A stretch of 48,340 nucleotides of DNA. Origin: Octopus bimaculoides (taxonomy: Eukaryota). Positions 24,729 to 36,739 of this stretch are shown in pieces. The stretch's first letter is position 1. Each line of letters opens with the position of its first letter. The position numbers were made by a program, and so were the translations under genes. The stretch is taken from NCBI RefSeq assembly GCF_001194135.2, contig NC_068982.1:152722353-152770692 (forward strand). The letters are read 5' to 3'. The notes under the pieces were generated by a model. It ran no database searches and was not told the origin of the DNA. It saw only the letters and a program-made list of their open reading frames with translations.

Positions 24729-25271
24729 AGCATCCCCCTCCCCTACTCATATAAGCACATAGTACGTCTTTCTACATATCATCCTTCTTCCGTACGCCTT
24801 AATTGATATGCCTCTCGTCACTTGTTTTTGTTTTTTGTCTCTAGTTTAGGCCGTAATTCTATTGTCTTTCTTCCATTATGTTCTCTCCTATCTTTCTCTG
24901 AGTGTGAGTGCATTTTTCCCATCGGAGATGGAATATATTGCTAACTGGATGTAAGCAGCATACCACAAACTACGCATCTATTCTTGTAACAACCTTAACA
25001 AACAATCTGCAGACCATCCTTGTTCTCTATCAGTTTTAAGAGTTTTACATGTCATAATTTACTATGTCAGTTTCATAGTACGGACCTACCTTATAACTAT
25101 TCCTGAGTATACCAGCATATATCGCAACAACTATTATGAACATATATCAATGGAACATTTATGATCTCTTGTGATTTAAATACCGTAAAATATTCGTTTC
25201 TTACATTATGTGTTGTATAAATATATAAATGGCCCGATACCAGTTGTTTGACTTTCATTCATTTTATTCTA

Positions 25272-25272
<1 letters not shown>

Positions 25273-25357
<85 letters not shown>
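25273..25357. repeat. (CA)n microsatellite
   Basis: Read directly from the sequence. Confidence 0.95.
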
Positions 25358-25362
<5 letters not shown>

Positions 25363-26234
25363 CAAGTACATCTCTCCACACATACGCATGAAGATATTCA
25401 ACTATTAATGTACATGTTGGCTTGGTGAAAAATGTTCGGAAAATGCGAATCGTCGTCCTCATCATCAGACATTAAATCTGTTTTGGAAATGTTACATTGC
25501 AATCTAGTATACAGAGCACATATGTCAAGAAAAGATGGATATGGCACATTCAGTTTTATGTGCATAAACTGAAATGTAAACTGAATTACTAAGTATGAAA
25601 CACACATTGGATAATATTCTCTTTACTTAGCACGATTGTCATTAATGCTGACGTTGTAACTTTAATATCTGTAGAATGAACATTTAAAATATATAATAAC
25701 TAGAACACCTGTGAACAACCAAGTGGAAATTGCAAATCATACACATGAATTTAAAGTTCTCCTTTTTCATGATTATACTTGAAGCAATTGGATATATGAC
25801 AAAATACCTGAACATCAATCTTGAAGAATTGAATATAACAAAAACAAAAGGTCTTGGAATGGTTCAAAACAACAAGTATGGAAACAATTGGTTGTGCACC
25901 TAAAAGCCTAAAATCCAATCAATAAAATTAGAATTTGGCATATATAGAACCGAATAGTTTGCTTAGCAAGTTATAAACTAAATATATCAATGGGATCTAC
26001 ATTCTGTGATTCTAAACTTAACTTTGTAATTAATTTCAATTGTTGCTAGGCAAAATAAGAAGAATGCCTGATAATAGAATTAGTGAACAGATTTTAACTT
26101 TGCATCTTGAAAAAGAAATTCTTGGGGCGAAGTTTAAATCCAATTTTTTTTTGTGCTTTTAAGACTACAGACATTCGAAAACTATATAAGCGAACTGAGC
26201 TGTTTAGGTACAGCAGGAAACTGTGATTCTTCCA

Positions 26235-26404
26235 CTTAGCGGTATTTCGTCTTTATTCTAAGTTCAAATTCCGCCGAGGTCGACTTTGCTTTTCATCCTT
26301 TTGGGGTCGATAAATTAAGTATCAGTTATGTACTGGGGTCGATCTCATCGACTGGCCCCCCCTCCACAAAAATTTCGAGCCTTGTTCCTAGAGTAGAAAA
26401 GAAT
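26235..26404 (+). mobile_element. Family A SINE, 5'-truncated, well preserved
   Basis: AGTTCAAATTCCGCCGAGGTCGACTTTGC...GGGGTCGATAAATTAAGTA...GGGGTCGATCTCATCGACTGGCCCC...CCTAGAGTAGAAAAGAAT is close to the reverse complement of 5614-5790. Confidence 0.9.
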
Positions 26405-26989
26405 TTCTCTGTTAATACATCGATATAAATATGGATACTTTGGGAGTTACTATAATATAGTTCTCCAGTATAGTGGAATTCTGTCAGTGGATTATACCGC
26501 ACATCGGCCAACCGTATTGAGCGTTGTACTTGGAATAATATAACTTTTAACAAGAAGAATTTATATATGAACCTTATAAAGGGATGTTTCCCCCAGTACT
26601 TGTTATTTGATAGAATTTTAAATAAATTAATTCTGATTCAGAAACTAGTTTACTTACATGGCTCCACTTACTACGTTCAGATATAGTTGCATGATCTAAT
26701 TTACTTTTTAAACGAAACTGAATGTAAAACATATACAGTCAAGCAGACTGTATTACAATTGCTCAATGAGATGATGTTTCAGTTTCTATTGTTAAGTCCT
26801 CTTCAATACAGATATTATTTTTGTTACTTCATTTTCTTGTTCTTACTTTAAAAAGTTATCGGTACAGGTATCGTCGACTTCTTGTTCTGCTGATACGAAA
26901 TGTTGCTGATATCCAGTATTAACATCGATATTATTATACTTATTGGCACTGCAATATTACTGTAGCAGTTAATACTATCGGCAGCATAA

Positions 26990-27355
26990 TGCTGACAGGA
27001 ACGTTAAGAAATCTAATCTGAGTTCAAATCCCGCAAAAGTCAACTTTGATTTTTAACCTGTCGCGGTTGATAAAATAAAGTACTAGGTAAATACTAGGTT
27101 TCATGCCATCGACTTGTGCTCTACCCTCAAAATGGTTCATCTTGTGCTAAAATTGGAGAGTAAAGTGTTGAATTAACAGAATCATTTTCCCGACGCTGTA
27201 ATAATTCTGTTAATTCAACGCTTTACTTTCGATCATGTTTCCGGCTAGTTACATTCTGAGTTCAATTACTGCCGCTGTCAACTTTGCTTTTCATCATGTC
27301 CAGGTCGGTAAAATAAAGTACCTGACAAGCACTAGAGTCGATGATATCAACCAAA
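26990..27355 (+). mobile_element. Two adjacent strongly decayed family A SINE copies (about 26990-27160 and 27250-27355)
   Basis: Each shows TCTGAGTTCAA...GTCAACTTTG...ATAAAATAAAGTAC. Confidence 0.65.
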
Positions 27356-28319
27356 CCTCAGCCAGTCCCATTATCGCTCAATGTTTCAATCAAGAAAAAC
27401 ACACTTGTATTTAAGTAAACACCAAATTCACTAAAAAATCTCCACGTAGTTTATCGACCTCTTAAAAGAAAAAAAAAATAGCTAAATTCCCCACAAAGTA
27501 TACATGACGTTCTTTTGGATTGTGTATTTCTGAATGCATTGTTTGAAAATTTAAAATGAGCTCGACAGGAGATCTTTGATTATGTTTCTGTTGAGAAGAA
27601 CTAAGCTGGAGATACACAAAAATAATTTTGAAACAACGATGATACTTTTCATGGTTGCAAACGTTACTAAAAATAACAGCCAAATTGTTTTGAAACCATA
27701 CTTTACATCTTTCAAGAAAGGACGAAATACACGTTGGATAATCTAGCCTAGAATTGACTATATCAGTGATGCGTTTGTCTGGAGCGCTTTCATTATAAAT
27801 CTAACATGGGACAACAACAACGACGACGACGATGACGATTACGACGATGACGACAACGGCAACCTAAAGGCATTTATATTTCGACAGTCTTCATATCTCA
27901 AAGCTTTGAATCTTTAGTATAGCCACAATAGCTTTGATAATGAGAAAATAGCAATTTTTAACCCTTTCCAGGTTCGTCTATCGGAATATATGCTATTGAA
28001 CAGGAAAGAGTAAAAAAGAATAAATAAAAGTAAAAACCCATCAACTAAAAACTGTTCATATTTATGTATATTCCATTCTTTTCTATGAGTTGAAAATAGT
28101 CTAGGGGTCTTTGTGGAAGGACTGATTACTTTCACGAAAGTCTGAAGAAGTTTAATAAATTTATAGACTAGAGGTAAATGACTTTCTATACACGAAAGAT
28201 ACTGTGAGTTACTATGATATACTGTTGCAAATAAAATGAATTAGAGATGGAAAATGGAATTAGACGGTTTAATATGTGAAATAGACGTCTTATACGAGAA
28301 GGTATTAGAGACTAGTCAG

Positions 28320-28830
28320 GGCATGAAGGAGAGAAAGGGAAAGAGAGGGAAAGAGAGAATGAAAAGAGAGAGAAGGAAAAGAGAGAGAAAGAGAAAGGAA
28401 GAGATAAGACGCAAAATGGATGAAGGGAGAGGGAAACAAAAGAGACCAGAGGTACAGCGGAATATGAATGAAGATGAATGGAGGAAGAGATAAGGAGAGA
28501 ACGAGGGGGAGAGAACTGAAGCGGTGGTGAAAGAAATAAAGTTAACGTGATATATAGAAAAAACGATAGGAATAAAAGACAAGAAGAAGAAGAAGAAGAA
28601 GAAGAAGAAGAAGAAAAAGAAGAAGAAGAAGAAGAAGAAGAAGAAGAAAATGCTATTGAACAACAGACGATGAAGGAAGAAAAATGAAATTGTAGCTGTA
28701 ACAAAATATAGAAAGAAAGATGAGAACGAGCAAAAAGGAATCGAAGGGAAACTCAACAGACTTATTACTGCATAGATTGTGAAAAAGCCAAATTTACCAA
28801 GAAACACGGCAAAAAAGAAAAACAAGTACG
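28320..28830. repeat. Polypurine low-complexity tract including (AAG)n at about 28581-28648
   Basis: Read directly from the sequence; it explains the poly-S, poly-F and K/R-rich spurious ORFs. Confidence 0.9.
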
Positions 28831-30903
28831 CCAGGGAATAGATACTTTATGACAGCTTTAGTATTTCAATTTTACGAATATGATTCATATTCACTAGGAA
28901 TTTCACTATGGAGATATTTTCTTTTTGAACTTTTTCTTCAATATTTTAATTCTTTTACACTAAATAGTCACAGAACGAAGATTCTCTAATGCATGTGGGA
29001 TTTGACAGAAGGAGAATCTATTTAACAATTAAAGTAGTTTAGCTTTTGTGTTAAAAGTAATCGCTTTACGTATTAATAATTTTTTGTTTACTAGTAAAGA
29101 GTAAAATTGGAAATTTGAGGTTGTGAGTATCTAACTTGTTTCCTGTTTCCGTTTATATTATACTTAACGTATTATACTTAACGTTTTGGACTAAAACTTT
29201 TCTGAAGTGAATGTATGTTACAATATACTCGTTTGCACCTGTCTTTTAAATATGGATAATTAAACCTGTGCAAAAGAAATCAATATTTTATCAAAGGCCA
29301 TTCAAAATATCTAAATAATCGGTAATACAACAGGTCTTCATCAAGTTTTGAAATGAAATATATGAAGTAAAATGGTTATATTGTTATAGAAAAGTTTTTT
29401 TTTTTATAAATGGGCTTAAGAGTATAAAATGGTAGGTCTATTTTACGACAGTGTTGTTTGCAGGAATCAGGCCCACAACCTTGTAGTTGTAAGCCTATTT
29501 TATGAACGCTTTGGTCCATATATTCGTCCACTTCTGGGTTGTTATTTTCATTTCAAAACTTGATAAAACCTGTGTCTGTCTCCTTCTACAAGGTAAGAAC
29601 AAAACACTATATTTCACGCTTTCCCATCCTAAAATGAATGCCAATTGAATGCTTGAAGCTTTCTTTCAGTATCTGTTTCTCTTTCTCTGACTCCGTATCT
29701 CTCTCCTTCTCCCTCTCTCTCTAATAGCCCAAATCTCAACATTTCGCTACGGATGGGGTGGAAGGATCGAGAATATTCGTCTGCTCCTGACCGTATAGGC
29801 ACGTAAAACAACTGGCGAAAGAGAGAATATTCTGATTCATAGACGGTTACTGGATCGTGAAACGTTGATGATGTTTACAAGGCAATACAAACTCTGCATG
29901 ATTTATCTGCAATAGACTACCATCCTACTCTACTTCGTTTGGTGTCCGATCTGCTTAACATTGAAGAAGCTTCAAACAAATACAACTCCTAGCGGGTCAT
30001 GAAAATATAGTTTAAAACTAAGCAATTTATCGATAGTTTTTATTACGTAACGATGAGGAAAGAATATTGTCCTTCTTAGATAACTGCAGTTAAATGTATA
30101 ACTATTTGTAGTATGAAAAAGAAAACATTTTTTATCCGAAATTGGATATGACACATGTTTTTAACATTTAAAAAAATGTAGCCATAGTGTTCTCTTCATA
30201 TTTCATGAATGAAGGGATTAATTATTAAATTAGACTAATTATATTAATTTCTGTTTTGAAGCGAAACATGAACACTGCTAAATACCTTTATTTTACAATG
30301 CAACAGAGATAGAACAGTCATCTATTTTATTGACAGAGGAAGTTGGAAAACGAAAACTACTCATTAAAACCAGGTGTAATATTTTGAAGCAGTAATTTAT
30401 GAATGTGGAAATATATGGATGTGCCATGAAAGAATTGTGATAGAGAGCATAAAAACCAAAATGCTAGTTATGGACTTCAAGAAACGGTGGATGACTTGAA
30501 GCAACACTAGTCAGTAGCAAAAAGTACATGACAGGAGAAATCTTTCTGCAAGTCTCACTAGTGACGTTCAGACCCTACTCTGACTACAAGGAAAGTAAAG
30601 ATAAGAAACAACAGTGTGAGAAGAATTTGCTTCTTTGAAGATAATTATGAAGCCCCGATCTACAACGGGATTTCTATTTCTTTATAACTTAATAAAAAAT
30701 ATAACAGCAAACTCTGTAGATACGACAGCATTAGTTTTATGGGATATAGTACAGAGTCATACATTTAAGACATTCAATTATTTTTGGAGTGATCGTCCAT
30801 ATCACCGAAATCAAACGCAATGTTTCATATTTCAAAGCTGTAGAAGAATCAATAGACTATATCCTCACTTCTTAAAATTGTCATTCTTCTTTTGCAAACT
30901 GAA

Positions 30904-30907
<4 letters not shown>

Positions 30908-30976
<69 letters not shown>

Positions 30977-31063
30977 TATGTGTGTGTGTGCGAGTGTGTG
31001 TATGTGTGTGTATATGTATGTATACATTTATATACATATGGATATACACATATATATGCAAAT

Positions 31064-31095
<32 letters not shown>

Positions 31096-31130
31096 GTACG
31101 GATGTATGTATATACATGCATATATGTATA
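30908..31130. repeat. (TA)n/(TG)n/(CA)n compound microsatellite
   Basis: Read directly from the sequence. Confidence 0.9.
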
Positions 31131-31590
31131 GATTATTATCATTATTATCATTATTATCATTTATCATTGAATTACTTTTGAAACTGGTGTATAGAACATG
31201 CTATCTAAGTAATGAACTTAAACAAATAGCAAGTATTATTATCAAACCGCACAACATAGCTTTGAATAGAAGATTACAGTCCATTACTTCAATCACACTT
31301 TATTGAAAACAACGTTATTAGCTTTTAGAATAACTTGTTGATTTTCGACAAATTAAAAAATATAAAAAACATATTTACACATTTACATGCGTGTAACAAT
31401 GATCATGTGCCCATATAATCACACTAACACACACTCAAATATATACAAACATGTGCATATGTCTTTGAAAAGCATGTTTCATATTTGCATGTATGCCTAT
31501 GTTGAGGAAACGTGTGTTTGTGAGTTTGCGTATATCCATAACAATATATAACACACGTACGCAGTGTATGTGCTTTGCTAGTTCATATTC

Positions 31591-31623
<33 letters not shown>

Positions 31624-32363
31624 NNNNNNNNNNNNNNNNNNNNNNNNNNNNNNNNNNNNNNNNNNNNNNNNNNNNNNNNNNNNNNNNNNNNNNNNNNNNN
31701 NNNNNNNNNNNNNNNNNNNNNNNNNNNNNNNNNNNNNNNNNNNNNNNNNNNNNNNNNNNNNNNNNNNNNNNNNNNNNNNNNNNNNNNNNNNNNNNNNNNN
31801 NNNNNNNNNATATATATATATGTATATACATTTCTGTGTGTGTGTCTATATATATATATATACTTACTCGTTATTGAGACACTTACGCAAACATGAAATA
31901 TACTTTTCAAAGACATAATTACAAGTGTTCTCTCAGAATGGGAAGTGGTGTTAACATAGAGTGTTTGATTTAATATATGCTTAATCGTAATATTAAAGAC
32001 ATTGAGAACAACAATAGAGTTAGCTATACAATTACTAGACAAACATCATGTAAATGTTTCTGAAACATAGATATTGCTAACTGTGCCTCATTAGTTTAAT
32101 AATGGTTTTTCACACATAAATGTTGGGTGGGGGGATAGGTTCTGTCAAGTAAACCAACGACTATAACTGTATACTACTGAGTGACTCTTATGCGCTAGAA
32201 CGAAAGGTCATCGGTGTTGGCTGAATATGAACTTAGAATTTAATGAAACTCAACAAACTGCCCAACATAATTTGCTTGACATACATTTCATTTCCACCAT
32301 CATATATTGAGTTAATAATAATAAACCTTTCTACTATAACCTTGAAAATGTTTGAAGAAGGGC

Positions 32364-32499
32364 TAGTTGATTACGTCAATCCCAGTGCTCAACTGGTACT
32401 TTTTCATCGACCCCGAAAAGATAAAATGTAATGTCGAACCCAGAAATGCCGCAAAGCATTTTTCTCCAGCGTGCTAAGAGTTTTGCTAGATCACCGCCT
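32364..32499 (-). mobile_element. Family A SINE, decayed, internally deleted
   Basis: Plus-strand CCCAGTGCTCAACTGGTACTT..ATCGACCCCGAAAAGAT and CAGCGTGCTAAG match the reverse complement of family A. Confidence 0.7.
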
Positions 32500-34696
32500 A
32501 CGTATGTTGAGTTAATAATGATGGTTAAAGTAGGGCGTTCGTCTTAAGGAGGGAATAGAGAGAACACAAGTAATTGATTTTATGTAATTTTTCAAGTGCG
32601 GAAGGTTTAAAGGTGAAGCCGTTGAAATCGGTGTGCTTTGGATTTAGAACTTGAAAAAAGTTCAAATAAACACATGACTCTGTTTCACAATCCACTAATT
32701 CTGCCTTTTACAACTTATGAGGGTATCTTGTTTCTGGAAATATTATCGTAACGAGAAATTTATTAACTCACTCATTTTCATGTTATAGATTGAAATGCTT
32801 TCCGACGGAAGAAATGTATACAAAAACTTTTAGGATTAAAAATATCAACTTCTTAACCCAGAAAATGTACACACGTAAAAATATTTCAAGAGCAATAAAT
32901 TTAGTAATTACAGTATCGTAGCACGGTACATAGTCACTACGAATAACGTTAACTGCTGAGTGATAAATGGTGTTGCAATGTGAGTTACTGGGTGGAAGAG
33001 GGGTTAAATCTTCTGTTCTGTAGCTCATCATTATTTCCAGAATCTGGTACAGAAGTGGACAAATTTTAATTTTGCTTGACATTTAGAGCATACCGTTCCT
33101 TTGTACAGCGTTACGTCTTTTTTTTTTCATAATATTTGCTATTCAAACATGTAATGATGACTAAACGCACCGGTACTGGAGAAATTCGAAAATCATTTCA
33201 AATCAGGGGATATTTTAAGCAAATCTAGCGACAAAACCAGAATATCGGTAGGGACAGAATACAAGCAGTATTCAGAAAGAAGTAGTCATAATTTCCTTAA
33301 GTGCAAATTTTGTTTACTCGAGTTTCCGTAATGTAGGGGATGTTTGTATTATGTTAAAATGATAAACAATACTTTTACTTTAATTTTATGTATTTCGAGA
33401 TTGTTGTAAGTTGGCGTGAAAATTCTAGTTTGAATATATATTTTAAAAAGTTTCTGCAGTCTCATCCGATCTCGAGTTCTATGCCGAAGAGCTATAATAG
33501 AATAGAACTCATATATTTGGTTAGAATTACATGTTTGAATGGTAAATATTACGGAATTATTTAACATTGTTGTTGTTATTTAGTCCCTTGTAAGATCAAA
33601 GAAACCCTAGCTATACCACTCGCATCGATTTTGAAAAATGCTTCGCAATAAATTAGAGCAATTTTTCCCTTTTCCAAATAGTTGAGAGCTTTACTGACAG
33701 GTCCAGCGACCAAATCGTTAGGTCCTCATTTCATCGTGAGATAAAGCGGTCTTTTTTAAATGTAATAAAATGAATAAAATGTTAGCTAATTATTAGTTGG
33801 TGATAAGGTTTGATGTTTAATGTTCAAATTTTAGATGTGAACAACTCGACTGAAATTTAACATCAGAAAACATGTGACATGCATAACAAACTGATAAATG
33901 AATAGCCTGTAACCTGCATGAATAAAGCAGTCATTATTATTTTAAGATACACAAGAATCTTCCATATCCTTTGATAAGAAAATTAAATACCTCGCAAAAA
34001 TACATACAAACATAAAGAAAAGTTCTAGCCAAATGAAGGAAAGAGTTCAATGCAATACAATCGTAACAAAGGGTGTATTGTGTTTTGTGTCACATTAAAA
34101 AAAAAAAAAACTATAATGGACTTGAATGAGGTTTGACAGAGATCAGGCTGATATGATGAGCAAATCTAACGACCAAACAGAGGGTAGTCATCTATTCATT
34201 TAGATGACCATCATGATTATAACCAAAAGAAAGTGATTTGCTCATACTGTTTATTGGATGTTTTTAATTACTAAGAATCACTAAACGAAATATGTTTGCA
34301 TTTTGTGTAATAATTTTTATATATCAAATAAAATAGCTAGATAACATATTTTACATAATTAATTACTTTGGGAGCTATTTTGTTGTGATAATAAATTGGT
34401 GTGTGTTTGTATGGGGCCGCTCGGGAAGAGGAGAACATTGTGGAGTAGCTGACATCATGATACACTTCCATTTTCCACCTGCAATTATTTTCTAAGCGCG
34501 CTGTGGAAAGGTATCGATAAAAGAGAGAACGACTAAGTTCTCCTCATAATTGCAATTTATCTACTGCTTTTAAATATTTAAAAAAATTTAAATTGTGTTA
34601 TAATTACAGGACGTATAAAGGGAAGTTATAGCATTAACTTTTTTGTGCTGATCGGACAATTCTAGGATGAAAATATTCTAATCCTTTTTCAACCAG

Positions 34697-34769
34697 GATG
34701 TATCTAGGATTGGCTTATTAAATCTGGCGTGCCTCTACTTTATTAAGGCTCCGTATTCTTCTCAGAATA
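34697..34769 (+). CDS. Candidate 73-nt exon (DVSRIGLLNLACLYFIKAPYSSQN, phase 0-1)
   Basis: Acceptor CCTTTTTCAACCAG and donor GTAAGT at 34770. Only one frame is open. About 38% GC. No recognised homology. Confidence 0.25.
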
Positions 34770-35084
34770 GTAAGTTTGTATTTCATGGATGTTTCATTGC
34801 TATATCCAGCAAGTGAAGCGACGATGGAGAAAATTCTCTTAATTACTTTATGACAATAGTTATACTGTGTACATAAGGTTTGAAAATAATTAAATGTCGA
34901 ATGTGTACGAATAAGGTGCGGGCTACCGTCAATCGCGTGCGAGTATGCTTTAATAATATCTACCATAGTTTTGCTAGTTGTTTTAGATGCCTATGTAGTC
35001 GCGAGACCATATCACATTTGCCCCAGTGCAACTTCCAGGATGGATGAAGTATTTGGAGGGAGAGAGTGCTGCACCATAGCTGGT

Positions 35085-35223
35085 ACTCATTTACAGTTGA
35101 TTGGACAGAAACAAAGTGAAACGAAGTGTTTTGCTCGAAGATACAAAGCACCGCTCGGTGCAGGAATCGAACCGACAACTATATGTTCATAAGCTAAACA
35201 CTCAAATCTCTAGACCACGCACC
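35085..35223 (-). mobile_element. tRNA-headed SINE remnant (additional family)
   Basis: The minus strand has head GGTGCGTGGTCTAG, box B GGTTCGATTCC (35163-35173), and then GAGCAAAACACTTCGTTTCAC...AAATGAGTACCAG, a central-domain-like segment. Confidence 0.65.
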
Positions 35224-36088
35224 ATTTATCAGTCAATAAAAACGCTGATGCACTAACATACGTATCTACACACTTATCCCCTAAAATACATTTTACATAG
35301 GCGCAAATAGTTAAAGTTACCTTCCTCTTTAATATAACATTGGCACAGAGCCAATAATATTAAAATGGCGATAGTGTGGGATGTTAATCGATTCAGTGGA
35401 CGTCGCTACTTGACTGGTACGTATTTTATTGATCTCGGTGGGATATGGAATCAGATTGTAAAGGGACATAACCATATTCCCCAAAGCGTTTCCTCTGTCG
35501 CTATACCAATTCGGATATCTATCGCTATGTTTTCTATTTAATGTAACAATTATCTAAGTGTATTCAAAAATAAATGTCAAAAGCAAAGCGAACACTTGGG
35601 AACTTTTTATAAGCAGAACGTAACTTACTAACCTTATTGCATTTGGCGCTAGATTTGTTAAGTAAAGCAGATAGATTCTTTCTCCAGCAATTAACTCCAT
35701 TTCTAACGTGGAAATTATATTAGATATTGAAATCTTGGATACCCAGAAGACGGCATGGTCGTGTTTGGAGCGCTTTCGTTATAAATATATCCGACCAGAA
35801 ATGCTGTTGGTGAGCTAAACATTGTCAATGACAATTCGAACTATTTCAGCGGTCCTGGACAGCTCAAAGGCTAATCATATCCGTGATGAAATAACTGAAG
35901 TCAGGGAATAGTAATATAAATAAAAATAATAATACAGAAAATTGCACTACTGGGCACTGCACGCATCCTACGCAAAACACTTTCAATACAGTAACCATAA
36001 GAGCATCACAGCAAACCACAGTAGATACCCAAGGCACACAGAGCTGCGCTCGGAAGTGAAGTGAAAGCATGCGATGAAAATAAAACTA

Positions 36089-36091
<3 letters not shown>

Positions 36092-36159
<68 letters not shown>

Positions 36160-36185
36160 TGATGATGATGATAGTGATGATGATG

Positions 36186-36246
<61 letters not shown>

Positions 36247-36270
36247 CAATAATAATAACAATAATAACAA
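36092..36270. repeat. (AAT)n-(GAT)n-(AAT)n-(AAC) compound trinucleotide array
   Basis: Read directly from the sequence; it explains the poly-N, poly-L and poly-I ORFs. Confidence 0.95.
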
Positions 36271-36739
36271 AAAACGAAATTTTACTGCCATACAAAGCAC
36301 AGTTTCTCCTATGCACGATGTCTCAGTGAAAAATGTGCGAAACACACACACGAAACCAACACCGGAAAGTTTACAAATTATAAAACAGAAATGGAACAAA
36401 ACTAAGTACATAAATTGAGTAATTACGCATACATTCAACTGTCTACACAATCATATATACATTTTGATACTCATAGGACTTCACATACATCTCAAAGTTT
36501 ACACAACTACGTGAAAGTTACAAGACACACATTTACGCATATGAAAACACGTGTCACAAACGAAGCAAAAACAAAAAACAAATTTTATTTCTTTTTCATT
36601 TTTATTTTTCGAACTAACCCAATCAAAGTGAAGCATTCATAAGTTTAAAAACACCACAAAAATCTATGCTCGGAGATAAATCTATTAACAAAAAAAACAA
36701 AAACAAAAAAAAAGCAAACAAACGAATACAAATCTGTTA

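Noticed and set aside
25790-25880. Possible LINE C-terminal relic (DKIP..INLEEL)
   Set aside because: Too short and degenerate to support.
28254-28825. 79-169-aa ORFs rich in K/R/E, poly-S or poly-F
   Set aside because: These are translations of a polypurine/(AAG)n low-complexity tract.
29156-29183. 14-bp tandem duplication TATTATACTTAACG x2
   Set aside because: An ordinary slippage duplication, like the 9-mers at about 17060 and 5852.
35983-36450. Poly-Asn/Asp, poly-Leu and poly-Ile ORFs
   Set aside because: These are translations of the (AAT)/(GAT) array, with no flanking domain or splice support.
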